Positions 1 to 11,095 of a stretch of DNA of 64,000 bases are shown here, piece by piece (within the stretch, counting starts at the first letter, position 1; each line of letters opens with the position of its first letter). Position numbers and translations under genes: made by a program. This DNA comes from Octopus vulgaris (lineage: Eukaryota), in contig OX597823.1 of the NCBI GenBank assembly GCA_951406725.2, positions 47,492,001 to 47,556,000 of the forward strand, written 5' to 3'. The notes beneath the pieces are model-generated. The model was not told where the DNA came from. It searched no databases and worked only from the letters and a program-made list of their open reading frames with translations.

Positions 1-369
1 TTTAGTGAGAATTACAGCACTAAGTTCATTATACAATGAATTTTATATCCTCAGCGCCAGTTTGTTTTATCATTTTATGAACTCGTTATGGTATAAAGAA
101 ATTAATTCGTTTTAAGAATATTTTTAGTTTTCAACAAAGTACAATACTTGTACATTATTTGCTAATTGTCTTGCTTTTCTAAAACATTTCCTTCAATTCC
201 TCCTTGTTTCATGAGGAATGCATTTTAGTTAAAATTTGCTGAAATGATTTTAAAACCTAATTTATGATGAATTTGGTGTTATTTCAATAGCAGCCAGATA
301 TAATTTTTTTTTTTGACCTTTTAAATGTACATTATTTTGTAAAAATAATAGGTTTTTTAAAATTTTGTG

Positions 370-700
370 TCATCATTGTCATCATTATCATTTAACATCC
401 ATTTTCCATACTGGCATGGATTGGATGGTTTGCCAGGAGCTGGCAAGCTAGAGAGCCACACTAGGATCCAATCATCTGTTTTGGCATGTTTTCTACTGCC
501 AGATGCCCTTCTTAACATAACCACTCCACAGAGTGTACTGGTGCTTTTTACATGGCAACTAGGATGGGTACATTTTTATGTGGCACCAGCACGGTTGCTG
601 TATACATGGCATCAGCACTGGTGTTATATATGTGGCACCAATATGGGTCCTTTTTATGTCATACCAGCACCTGTGGGGTCACCAAGAAGCTTGCAAGACA
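370..700 (-). mobile_element. RTE-clade LINE 3' UTR/tail remnant (family C), degenerate
   Basis: (CAT)n tail followed by ttaacatccattttccatactggcatgg...gatgcccttc...gtgctttttacatggc, homologous to the UTR attached to the RTE peptide at 5067-5931. Confidence 0.75.
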
Positions 701-1140
701 AGAGCATCTCAACTGAGAGAAGGAGAGGAACCAAGAGAAGTGGCCGTGTGCCAGGTGAGAGGTTGGATTAATGATAGAGAGACAAGGATAGCTGTCTTAC
801 TACAGAAGGGGTACTCGGCTATTCCAGTCGTACAAGAAGGTAGAGGGAGGTGAGAGAGAGTTAGAGGGAATGATAGAGACAGAGTGAGAGAGAGAGAGGG
901 CTCACTCACAAAGAACAGTGGTGGGGGGAGTATAAGTTGTACAGAGGGAATAAAGATGTTGTATAAGAGGCAAAAGGGTGGGGAGAATTTAAAGATAGCA
1001 AGTAATGATCATCACAACAATTTGTTTTTATGTTTTTTAAGCCCTAGGACTCATAAAGCCAATTACTTGATTTCAATAGCATAAAAGCACTTGACACAGC
1101 AACATTGCTCCTGGACAGGATGCCAGTTCACTGTAGGCTT

Positions 1141-1290
1141 CAAAGCTAGCAGATTTGAAGAATGGAGGGGGAAAATCAATTACATTGACCTTAAAAGGGA
1201 TGAAAGGCAACGTTGACCCAGAGAATAAAAAGCCAGAAAAAATGCTGCTAAATATTACACCTGGTGTGTTAACGATTCTACCAGCTCACC
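1141..1290 (-). mobile_element. SINE family B2, degenerate
   Basis: ggatgaaaggcaa core and ctaccagctcacc head in reverse orientation. Confidence 0.65.
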
Positions 1291-1442
1291 ATATTTCATT
1301 ATAATTATACCATGATGAGATACCATGTGTTGGCCCAAAGTTGAAGATTTTGCTTTGCTTTATTTAACCTGTCATACCTGATGAGTTAATAAAGTGTTTT
1401 ATGCCAGGTTAAATATAAGAATTAATAGAAGTGGTCATTATC

Positions 1443-1875
1443 GAGCTGGCAAGATTGTTTAGCACGCCAGGCGAAATGCTTAGTGGTATTTCATCCATCA
1501 CTACGTTCTGAGTTCAAATTCTGCTGAGGTCAGCTTTGCCTTTCATCCTTTTGAGGGTCAATAAATTAAGTACCTATTTCTTTATTACCCACAAGAGGCT
1601 AAACACAGAGGGGACAAACAAGGACAGACATAGGTATTAAGTCGATTACATCGACCCCAGTGCGTAACTGGTACTTAATTTATCGACCCCGAAAGAATGA
1701 AAGGCAAAGTCGACCTCGACGGAATTTGAACTCACAACGTAACACAGACGAAATACCGCTAAGCATTCTGCCCGGCGTTCTAACATTTCTGCCAGTTGAG
1801 CACTGGGGTCGATGTGATCGACCGTCCCCCTCCCCTCAAAATTCAGGTCGTGTGCCTATAATAGAAAGGATTATT
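1443..1875 (+). mobile_element. SINE family B2 interrupted by an inverted B1 copy
   Basis: Head gagctggcaag...gagttcaaatt (B-box-like) 1443-1573; resumes at ~1794 with agttgagcactggggtcg...aaaggattatt. Confidence 0.85.
1574..1793 (-). mobile_element. SINE family B1 nested in B2
   Basis: B1 tail tatttctttattacccacaagag...gacaaacaaggacagac and core cgaccccgaaagaatgaaaggcaaagtcgacc. Confidence 0.9.
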
Positions 1876-1889
1876 TCCATATTGCTGTC

Positions 1890-2275
1890 ATCAATGAAAG
1901 GGGATTTTTATGTTCATGTATTTGTTCTGCAAGATTCCTGATGTGAAATCGTGTGTTTGAAACAGATATTGTTATATTTAGGGTTGATCATATTTTTTTA
2001 CAAATTAACCACATGTACACTATATACTTGTTCTTCATTTTCTTGCTTTAGTGCCTTTCGTCACACATCATATGACCTCTTCAGTGACTCTGTTTAGAGA
2101 ATGGACTTAACAGATCAGGAAGAGAGATGTAGGATGGAGAGTCACTGACAAGGTTCCAGGATGTGTGACGAAAGACTTGAGTAAAAGGACACTAAAATAA
2201 AAATAATAATAAAGTTGAAGTGAAGACCAAGTATATAGTGACTGTGGTTAATTGGCAAAAATATGACCACCCCCA
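1890..2275. mobile_element. Fold-back made of two inverted Penelope-like LTR remnants, each with a hammerhead-like core
   Basis: Inverted arms 1981-2091 and 2138-2272; the minus arm reads CTGAAGA-G-GTCATA...TGTGAC-GAAA. Confidence 0.55.
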
Positions 2276-2367
2276 AAAAGTTTAAATCCAACAACGATCA
2301 TTATTCCTTTCTGCAGTTCATGAATAACATACCAGTCATGTACTAAGGTTGATATTAATTGATTAAT

Positions 2368-2640
2368 ATCATCATCATCATCATCATCACAACCATCGTC
2401 AACATTTTAATGTCCTCTTTTTCTAATGCTGGCATGTGTTAAGTGAAAATTGTTGAGAAAAATTTTCTGTGGCTGGATACCCTTCCTGTTGCTAACCCTC
2501 ACCCATTTCCAAGCAAGGTAATATTTCTACTGTAACTAGATATGTTTATGCGGAATGTTGCAGATGAATGACACTACTTGTATGACAATACATGCCAGTG
2601 ACGTATGACGACATTTGTTAACAATAAGCATGCTTCGTCA
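2368..2640 (-). mobile_element. RTE-type 3' tail variant (family C2)
   Basis: (ATC)n tail; ggctggatacccttcctgttgctaaccctcacccatttccaagcaagg, matching the plus copy at 10885-11095. Confidence 0.65.
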
Positions 2641-2876
2641 CAGGGGAAACACGAACTCACTAACTAACACACTCATGCACAGTACCACTCCTCCAAACCA
2701 ACCAACATTCACAAACTCTACCCACACCCACGCCTTCAAATGCTCCGAATTCATTTGTAATCATGCATTAAACTAAAACCCTCCTTGTCAAACTTTGCCT
2801 CTCCCATGTTATTCATTTTATGTTTCTCTTTAATCTATCTATATATATATGTATATATCTGTGTGTGTGTGTGTGT

Positions 2877-3115
2877 GGAGACACGTGGCTAAGTGATCAG
2901 GGTGTTGCGCACATAATCTTAAGGTTGTAGTTCCAGTTACTGGGACCAAATAATACATGTTCTAGAGCAAATCTCTTAATTTCATATTGCTCCAGTTCAC
3001 TCTGCTGGCAAAAATGAGTATTTTGCGACAGACCTGTTCAGTGGGGGGTAATAAACGGCACAAAATCTTGGGTTATGCCCTTATGAACCTATGGATCAAG
3101 GAGTTTTGATCCCTT
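2877..3115 (+). mobile_element. SINE family E-like, degenerate 5' part
   Basis: Decayed tRNA-like head; ctccagttcactctgctggcaaaaatgagt, as in the copy at 27977. Confidence 0.5.
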
Positions 3116-3139
3116 TACATATATATATATTTGTAAGTG

Positions 3140-3325
3140 TACATGTGTGTCTTATGTCTGTGTTTCTCTCTCATCACTGCTTGACAACTGGTGTTGGTTT
3201 ATTTACATCCCCATAACTTACTGGTTTGACAAGAAGAGACGAATAGAATAAATACCAAGCTTATCAAAATAAAAAAAAAATAGCACTGGGGTCAATTCAT
3301 TCAACAAAAAATTCTTCAAGGCAGT
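3140..3325 (+). mobile_element. SINE family A 3' part
   Basis: cttgacaactggtgttggtttatttacatccccataactta...gaatagaataa. Confidence 0.7.
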
Positions 3326-3371
3326 GTCTCATATTTTTTTTGCCCACTCAATTATATCTATCAATCTATCT

Positions 3372-3416
<45 letters not shown>

Positions 3417-3421
3417 ATATG

Positions 3422-3464
<43 letters not shown>

Positions 3465-3518
3465 GTATATATAATACACAAACACACATATACATGTATG
3501 TATATGTGCACATGTATA

Positions 3519-3745
3519 TCTATTATATAAAAGTCAATGTCTTTATATGTGTTTGTGTATATAATTTTTGACTTGAAAACTACTGCACCGATCCTAATGA
3601 AATTTGGAACACAAAATCCAAGCCTAGGGAGAAGGGTAATGCCATATGTTGTATACAATTTCATAGGCCAAAATTACTTAATGGATCCTTATGATATTTA
3701 GAACTTAGATTCAATGCATAAGGGCGGGTATAATGCAGTAAGTTT
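3519..3745 (+). mobile_element. Non-autonomous Helitron/HINE-like element
   Basis: A^TCTATTATATAAAA 5' end; gcaccgatcctaatgaaatttgg core typical of DINE-like elements; decayed GC-rich 3' end gggcgggtataatgcagt. Confidence 0.4.
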
Positions 3746-4134
3746 AGTTTCAGTTTGAGGTGGCTTAAAGGGAGCAAATTCATAAACTTCCCATGTTGAT
3801 GAATTTTCAACCATAGGTAATTGACACACATTAAGAAGTATTCCCAAAGTTTCCGCTTCTCATGAGGGTTCTAACACCCCCTAATGGGGACCTTAAGTCC
3901 CAAATTTTAGTCATTTTTTATGATCTAAAAGTAGGTCAAAAGTACTGAATAGAGCAGTAGGGTGGGACTGAAACCAAAATTACGTGACTGTAAGGCAAAC
4001 CTGACCATACAGCCACTTCTTGCACCTATGCCATTGTGTGTATGAGTCATTTCTGCTAATGTGAAACTATAACAATTTTATTGAGTTCTCTTTAGCCTGT
4101 TTTTTCCTACCAAAACTCTCTGTATATATTTGTA

Positions 4135-4525
4135 CACATGGCTGTGGGGTAAGAAGCTTGCTCCCCAACCACATGGTTCTGGGTTCAGTCTCACTGCATG
4201 ACATCTTGGGTAGGTGTCTTCTGCTATAGCCTTGGGCCAACCAAAGCCTTATGAGTGGATTTGGTAGACTGAAACTGAAAGAAACCTATCGTGTGTGTGT
4301 TTTGTATCTGTGTTTCTCCCCACTACCAACATTTGACAACTGGTGTTGGTGTGTTTACATCCTTGTAACTTAGCAGTTCAGTCAAAAAGACCAATGGAAT
4401 GAGTACCTGGCTCGGAAAAAAATATATATTCTGGGGTTGATTTATTCAACTAAAAATACTTCTAGGCAGTATTCCAGCATGGCTGTGTATAAATATATAA
4501 TGACCGAAACAAGTAAAAGATAAAA
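4135..4525 (+). mobile_element. SINE family A (tRNA-derived)
   Basis: A box tggctgtgggg, B box ggttcagtctc, body ccaaagccttatgagtggatttggtagac, tail gaaacaagtaaaaga. Confidence 0.85.
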
Positions 4526-5066
4526 AAATATACATATTCAGTAAATGGCTGTCTTGCAGCCATGCTTATATTTCTTGTATGAATTGCATAAAGGAAAATA
4601 CAGTCTATTGTCCCTAGCTTTGATAGTTAAAATTTATGATTACTATGTATGATGGTTTAGTGATCTTCCATATAATGTACCAAATGTGTAACAAAACATG
4701 ACCTATTGTTGTTCAACTGATTGCTCTATGTTTCTTTAGACAAAAAAAAAATTAGAAAATAATAAAAAGATGGAGTTGTGATATTTGTCAACTTAAATAG
4801 TTCCCTGGCCTTTTTTTTTTTTTTTTGCTTTTAATTTATATGTTGTCCAGTTAAATACAAATGTAGTTTTGTTTGTTACCTGTTTGTAGATATGAATTGA
4901 GCAAAACAAATATTCTTATCTAAGAAATCTGCAACTCATATAAATCATACAAATATAGCGGCAATCTTTTATATTGATTTCTATAAGAAACTGAAAAATT
5001 TGTTGTTAGAATACACATACACACCTCTTTTCTGTTCCCTGGCTATATATGTATATATGTGTATAT

Positions 5067-5931
5067 ATCATCATCATCATCATCATCGTTTAACGTCCGT
5101 TCTCCATGCTAGCATGGGTTGGACGGTTCGACCGGGGATCTGGGAAGCCAGAAGGCTGCACCAGGCTCCGGTCTTATCTGGCAATGTTTCTACAGCTGGA
5201 TGCCCTTCCTAACGCCAACCACTCCGTGAGTGTAGTGGGTGCTTTTTACGTGCCACCTGCACTGGTGCCAGGCAAGGCTGGCATCGGCCACGGTCGGATT
5301 GGTGCATTTTACGTGCCACCGGCACAGAAGCCAGTCGAGGCGGCACTGGCTTCGGCCACGATTTGGATGGTGCTTTTTACGTGCCACCGACACGGAAGCC
5401 AGTCGAGGCGGCGCTGGCATTGGCCACGATTTGGATAGTGCTTTTTACGTATCTCCAGTCCAGGGGTCCTGGCATCTGCCGGGTGCCAGTCATAGGATTG
5501 GTTCAATTTCGATTCCGATTTCGATTTCGCTTGCCCCAACAGGTCTTCGCAAGCAAAGGTGCCTGTCGTAGGATAAGGTTCGATATCGACTTCGCTTGCC
5601 TCAACAGGTCTTTGTGTGTCCAAGGGAGGAAAGGCATGCATAAGTGGGCTGGACTCACTTGTCCTGCCTGGTCTTCTCACGCACAGCATATTTCCAAAGG
5701 TCTCGGTTGTTGGTCATTTCCTCAGTGAGACCTAAAGTTCGAAGGTCGTGCTTCACCACCTCGTCCCAGGTTTTCCTGGGTCTACCTCTTCCACGGGTTC
5801 CCTCAACTGCTAGGGATTGGCACTTTTTCACACACCTATCTTCATCCATTCTCACCACATGACCATACCAGCGCAATCGTCTCTCTTGCACACCACAACT
5901 GATGCTTCTTAGGTCCAACATTTCTCTCAGG
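5067..5931 (-). mobile_element. 5'-truncated RTE-clade LINE (RT C-terminus, 3' UTR and (GAT)n tail)
   Basis: ORF 5655-5921 encodes RRLRWYGHVVRM...GRGRPRKTWDEVV, the RTE C-terminal motifs; CpG-rich UTR suggests a young copy. Confidence 0.9.
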
Positions 5932-6007
5932 GTATATAACTAAATATATATATGCACATACATATATAACATATATACATACACACACATATATATATCC
6001 ATGCCAT

Positions 6008-6195
6008 TATCATCATCATCATCATTTAGCATCCATTTTCCACACTAGTTTGGGTTGGATGGTTTGACAAAGAGCTGGCAAGCTGGAGACCTACACCAGG
6101 CTGCATTTGTTTGTTTTGGCATGGTCTCTATAGCTGGATTCCCTTACTAATGCCAACCAATTTACAGAGTGTACTGTGTGCTTTTTACGTGGCAG
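6008..6195 (-). mobile_element. RTE family C 3' tail
   Basis: (CAT)n followed by tttagcatccattttcc...gggttggatggtttgac. Confidence 0.75.
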
Positions 6196-6544
6196 AAGCA
6201 TAGGTTTTTTTGGGTTTTTTTATGACACCCACACATACATTCATTCAAAAGCTGAGAGTTTTGTGTTGATTCTTATCAAACTGGTATCAAATCAAGGGGA
6301 CTTACAGTTATACACCGGTGATAATGGTATTTCTGTGGATTGTTCTAGAACAGATTATAAAAGCAATTACAATGTCACATGGGTAATGCACATTTTTCAA
6401 ATGGTTTGCCCACTATGCTGTTCAATAAATAAATAAACTAATAAGGAAAATTTAAAGATATGTATGCATATATATATATGAGAACACTGGTGAATATAAA
6501 AATGGTATGCAGCTGAATACACACATATGCATACAAATATATAT

Positions 6545-6587
<43 letters not shown>

Positions 6588-6880
6588 CATAAATATATAA
6601 CATATAGAAGGAAGTGTATACATCCATAGGTGCATAACTGTGCATAAATATATACATAAACATACACTCACACATGCATATATATATATATATATATAAT
6701 GTACTGTTCCATGATGGAAAAAATCAACAAAAAAAAAGAATTCCATCTGGTGAGTGATAAATATTATCTAATAGACACAATACATGTTCTTATATGCTAC
6801 TAATAGTTTCATATGCTTAGAAATACCTCAAACATATTCATACACCTATAATATAATATGTGACAATTATTCGGTTGCCA

Positions 6881-6944
6881 TAATAAAACTCCAAGTTTCG
6901 AATGTCGGGACAGAAAATCTGCTCTGGCATCTCATCAGTTATTA
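6881..6944 (-). ncRNA. Type I hammerhead ribozyme motif with intact core, inside a 134-bp fold-back (6846-6979)
   Basis: Minus strand: UAAUAA-CUGAUGA-G(stem II)C-GAA-ACU(UGG)AGU-U^UUAUUA. All core nucleotides are present, the triplet is GUU, and stem I extends to 41 bp. Confidence 0.7.
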
Positions 6945-7330
6945 AGACAATCAAAAATTTGTTGCATATTATATTATAGATAAATTTCTTTATTTACATA
7001 ATATCAAGGTCTCATTCATTCTTTTGTTGTCATTCCATTACTATTAATATGATTGATTGATTGATTGATTCTAGTTTCAGCTCATGAGCTGTGGCCATGC
7101 TGGGGCACCGCATATGCATATCATTTCACATGAAACTCTCAGCCCTTAAATCACTTTGTAACTTCCACCAATTATTAATAAAGAAATGTATATTTACTCA
7201 TGTTTTGAGTTCTGTTTTCCTGTTTGTACAAACCATATGCATATACATTCATGTATAAATATATATTTATATACAAACACCAAACACACACACATATATA
7301 TATGTGTATGCATGTAGGTATTTATGAATG

Positions 7331-7369
<39 letters not shown>

Positions 7370-8060
7370 TTTATTTAAAGCAGCAGAAAATTCAACAAAA
7401 CCTATATATATATATATATATATTAATATATGTATGTGTGTGTGTATATATATATACATGCATGTATAGATATGTGTATGTATAGCACATTTTACTTTGT
7501 GCATGCCTATTAGCCTCAGTTGAAAGTCAATTCTGTAGGAAATTCAAATTTCCTTTGCAAAGTGGTTTGTTAAATGCAAAGCTTATAAGAGATTAAAAAT
7601 ATGGTAAAGTATCACTGCACTTGTTGACCTTTATACCCAGACCAATGTTATGGATTGACCCATTTCTCGAATCCTTGTTCTAATCGTGCTGTTGCCAAGC
7701 TAGATATTGATCCTGGATGAAATTCTGGTCCTAGCTTAGGCAGGGTTTAATCTTTAATAATTATATGTGAAAGATTTGCCAATTCTTTACAATAGGCTTC
7801 ACATCTGCTGTAATTCTATCTACTTTGTCCTTTTGCCCTTTCATGATATTTTCTGGCAAGAAATCACCAATAATCTTTTGTGGTTTCATATTCAAATTTA
7901 AAATTTCTTTCTGTCTGTAATGGTAATTACAGTACTGTTTTTCTGAAAATTTAATTATCAGTTTTGATTAAGATTTCTAAATTAAGGTTTTTTTTTTTTT
8001 TTTTCCCATCATCCTGTTAGATATTAAATATTACAGAAACAGTATGCTGTGATGTGGGAT

Positions 8061-8462
8061 ACTCTTTTACTCTTTTACTTGTTTCAGTCATTTTGACTGC
8101 GGCCATGCTGGAGCACCGCCTTTAGTCGAGCAACTCGACCCCGGGACTTATTCTTTGTAAGCCCAGTACTTATTATATCGGTCTCTTTTGCTGAACCGTT
8201 AAGTGACGGGGGACATAAACACACCAGCATCGGTTGTCAAGCAATGCTAGGGGGACAAACACAGACACACAAACATACACGCACATATATATATACATAT
8301 ATACGATGGGCTTCTTTCAGTTTCTGTCTACCAAATCCACTCACAAGGCTTTGGTCGGCCCGAGGCTATAGTAGAAGACACTTGCCCAAGGTACCACGCA
8401 GTGGGACTGAACCCGGAACCATGTGGCTGGTAAACAAGCTACTTACCACATAGCCACTCCCG
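8061..8462 (-). mobile_element. SINE family A, near full length
   Basis: Complete head to tail; possible TSD gtgggat (8054-8060 / 8467-8473). Confidence 0.92.
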
Positions 8463-8946
8463 CGGAGTGGGATTTTAAAAAAAAATGTAGCTGTCTATAT
8501 ATTCATTTTCTTTGTATATTGTTAAGTTTGCCATTTTTGAGAGAAAAATATTCATATTGGATTATATGGAAGTAGTCTCGTTCAAGTAGATCATGAATAT
8601 CAAATATAAATTCCACTGCAAGTGTTATATTTGGGTCAGAGTGGGGTGTGATGTAAATTTTTGCAATAATATATTAACATTGACATAAACAGACCAAATG
8701 TTAACTGTCTATTGTGTGTATATGTCTTTATTTTTCTTCTTTTTTTTTTTACTCTTTATCTAAATTGTTGAACATTTACACACTTAGTTCTACTACTTGA
8801 AAGCATTTAATCAAGAGAGACTTTTGTTGCTTAATTGATATTTTAACTGAAAGCTACTCAAATTATTATTACTAATAATGTTAATGATGCTGTTGCTACT
8901 CCTGCTTCTACTACTACTACTGCTACCAATAATAATAATAATAATA

Positions 8947-9440
8947 GTCTTGGTATAAAAGATGGGCTACAGCAAATATTCTGCTCAATACCACAGATTT
9001 GCTTGTCAGTTGTCTGACCTTAACCAGTTGAGCATGTCCCTTAGTGGCTGAAAATATGTGCATCTCTGATCACAAGCAGAAGTAGTGGGGGAGCATCATA
9101 GCCATGTGTTGAGAGGGATTCTTTGGGGTTTGAATAATTCACCTCTGGAAACATGGGTGGTTCTTTCAACATCCTTAAACAACCCTTATTCAGGGATCTT
9201 TTGAGCGGGATGGGCTACTCAACCTGAAGAAAATTCTAACTGGGCCCCACCTGCAAGGTCATGTGCTTTTTTATCTTGATATGAGATCACCATGTTGCGC
9301 ACATATGGTTGTGATGCATGTGCCTGGTGTACCCTTATCAGACGGGTAGTCATGATGGGTATATTGGGCTTCGTATATTTTACCCCAGTGTCACTTTGAT
9401 GGCATGAACTGCTCTCTCACTCAATAATAATAATAATAAT
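8947..9440 (+). mobile_element. LINE 3' end family F, embedded in (AAT)n; R4/Dong-like by inference
   Basis: Ends ctgctctctcactc(AAT)n and is preceded by (AAT)n; further copies at 40711 and 52319. Confidence 0.65.
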
Positions 9441-9807
9441 TGTAATTGTGATATTGAAAGTTTAATTCTGTCATCATTCATTACCAATGATGATCTGGCT
9501 AGATTAATAGACCTTGAAAGCCAATAAAACTTAGATACCATAAGTCCCTGTAGCACATTCTGATGTAACCGCCTAAGTTTTCTTTCCAAATGTTTTCAGC
9601 TTAAACTTTATTGTAAAATAATTCTTTTCGTTTCTTTCTTCTTTTGTATTTTTTAAAAATTAGTTCTCAACGTATATATAAAGTTTATAAACAATAACAA
9701 GTAAAAAATTTGGTTGAAAAACCTGTTTTGGTTACAAAAAAAATTGTAGGCTGCCCATGGGTCAGAGTGTGATACAAACAGTGTAAATTTTTAAAATAAT
9801 TTATTAA

Positions 9808-10027
9808 CCCTCTTGATTCCAACCTGCCTGAAATTTGCCATTATTCTGATACAAATTTCCTATTTTAAAGTGACCTAAATTAAATCCTGCCTCCAAAATT
9901 TCACATATTTTTATGTTCCAAACTCCAGCTTAATACTGACAAAGTTATTTTTATAAATTTGTTGTTATTTTCAAAATCAATTGAAACAAACCAGTGCAGT
10001 TCAACTGAAATATTGACAATGAAAGGG
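9808..10027 (+). mobile_element. piggyBac-type MITE family G2
   Basis: TTAA-CCCT...AGGG-TTAA; an empty paralogous site with a single TTAA lies at 8674-8677. Confidence 0.85.
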
Positions 10028-10668
10028 TTAACATTGACCTAAACAAACCAAATGTTAACTGCTTGCTGTTTGTATTTGGTTTGCAAGATTCTTGATGTGT
10101 ACTTGTGTGATGTATGTTGGGAGGGTCATTATGCTAATTCTAAATACATGCACTGGTTATATTTCATTTTTTTTATTATTGTTAGTCAATTGATGTCCTT
10201 CCTGCCTTTAACCTTCACCTGTTTTGCAAATGAAGGAAGGATTTTTTTTCTTTAAGACTTCAAAGCTACAAAGCCAGTGGATGATTTGTTTATGAGAAAA
10301 TTGTCAAAAACACCACCACCCATAAATTGCAACTTTCAAAACTAGCAAGATGTAAACATGCATGCACGCACGCATACACACATTTTGAGATCTGAAATTT
10401 TTAGCAGGTATAGACATATGGACAAGTTTCTTTTATTGAATTGGCAGGCACCACCTGTTCTGGATTCAGTTGCTGTCTCGCAGATTTCGACATATTTTCT
10501 TTTATTTTGTTTAATGAGCTTTCTGCAGTCAGGGAAGATTAGGATCTTAGTTTTCTTGATTTTGTTTATATTTTCTCGTTCCATTTTTTGCACCAACCTT
10601 CTTCATAATTTTTTATTTTCTTATTGTGTAGCATCCCTGTTTTAAAAAATTATATATAACACATAAAT

Positions 10669-10759
10669 AGAGCCTGGAAAGATTGCTTTACGATACATGG
10701 CGTATTTTATAAATATACCTGTTCAAGTATCATAATAGCATGAAACTATTAGTAGCTCT
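10669..10759 (+). ncRNA. Degenerate hammerhead motif (PLE-type)
   Basis: AGAGC-CTGGAAAGA...GAAAC-TATTA-GTA^GCTCT; perfect 5-bp stem I, mutated CUGANGA. Confidence 0.45.
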
Positions 10760-10884
10760 TTTGGTTGTGTATTTAAATAGACGTGTCTGTGTGTGTGTGC
10801 GTGCGGGTATATATGTATATAGAAACTAATAGAACATCATGCCTGTTTGTATGTGTGCATGTATGATTGATTTTGTTTGTGTAT

Positions 10885-11095
10885 GCTCATACCTTGACAT
10901 CATGTGTTGTTTGTAAATGTGTATCAAAATGATGTCAATTTCCAATCCTCTGGCCATAGAGAAATATTACCTTGTTTGGAAACAGGTGAGGTTTGGCAAC
11001 AGGAAGTGCATCTGGATGGATAAAACCATCTGTCTTAATGAATCACATCTGGCCCAAACTATCATGGGAATGTGGACATATAATGATGATGATGA
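10885..11095 (+). mobile_element. RTE-type 3' tail family C2
   Basis: ttggaaacaggtgaggtttggcaacaggaagtgcatctgg...ggacatataatgatgatgat. Confidence 0.65.

Noticed and set aside
1660-1941. Recurring peptide RNWYLIYRPRK.ERQSRPRRNLNS (also 44634, 46026, 47487, 56168, 62624)
   Set aside because: Antisense translation of SINE family B, not a gene family
5235-5460. Regularly spaced repeats resembling a CRISPR array
   Set aside because: The spacers are similar to each other, the repeats lie in a LINE 3' UTR, the context is eukaryotic, and there are no cas genes
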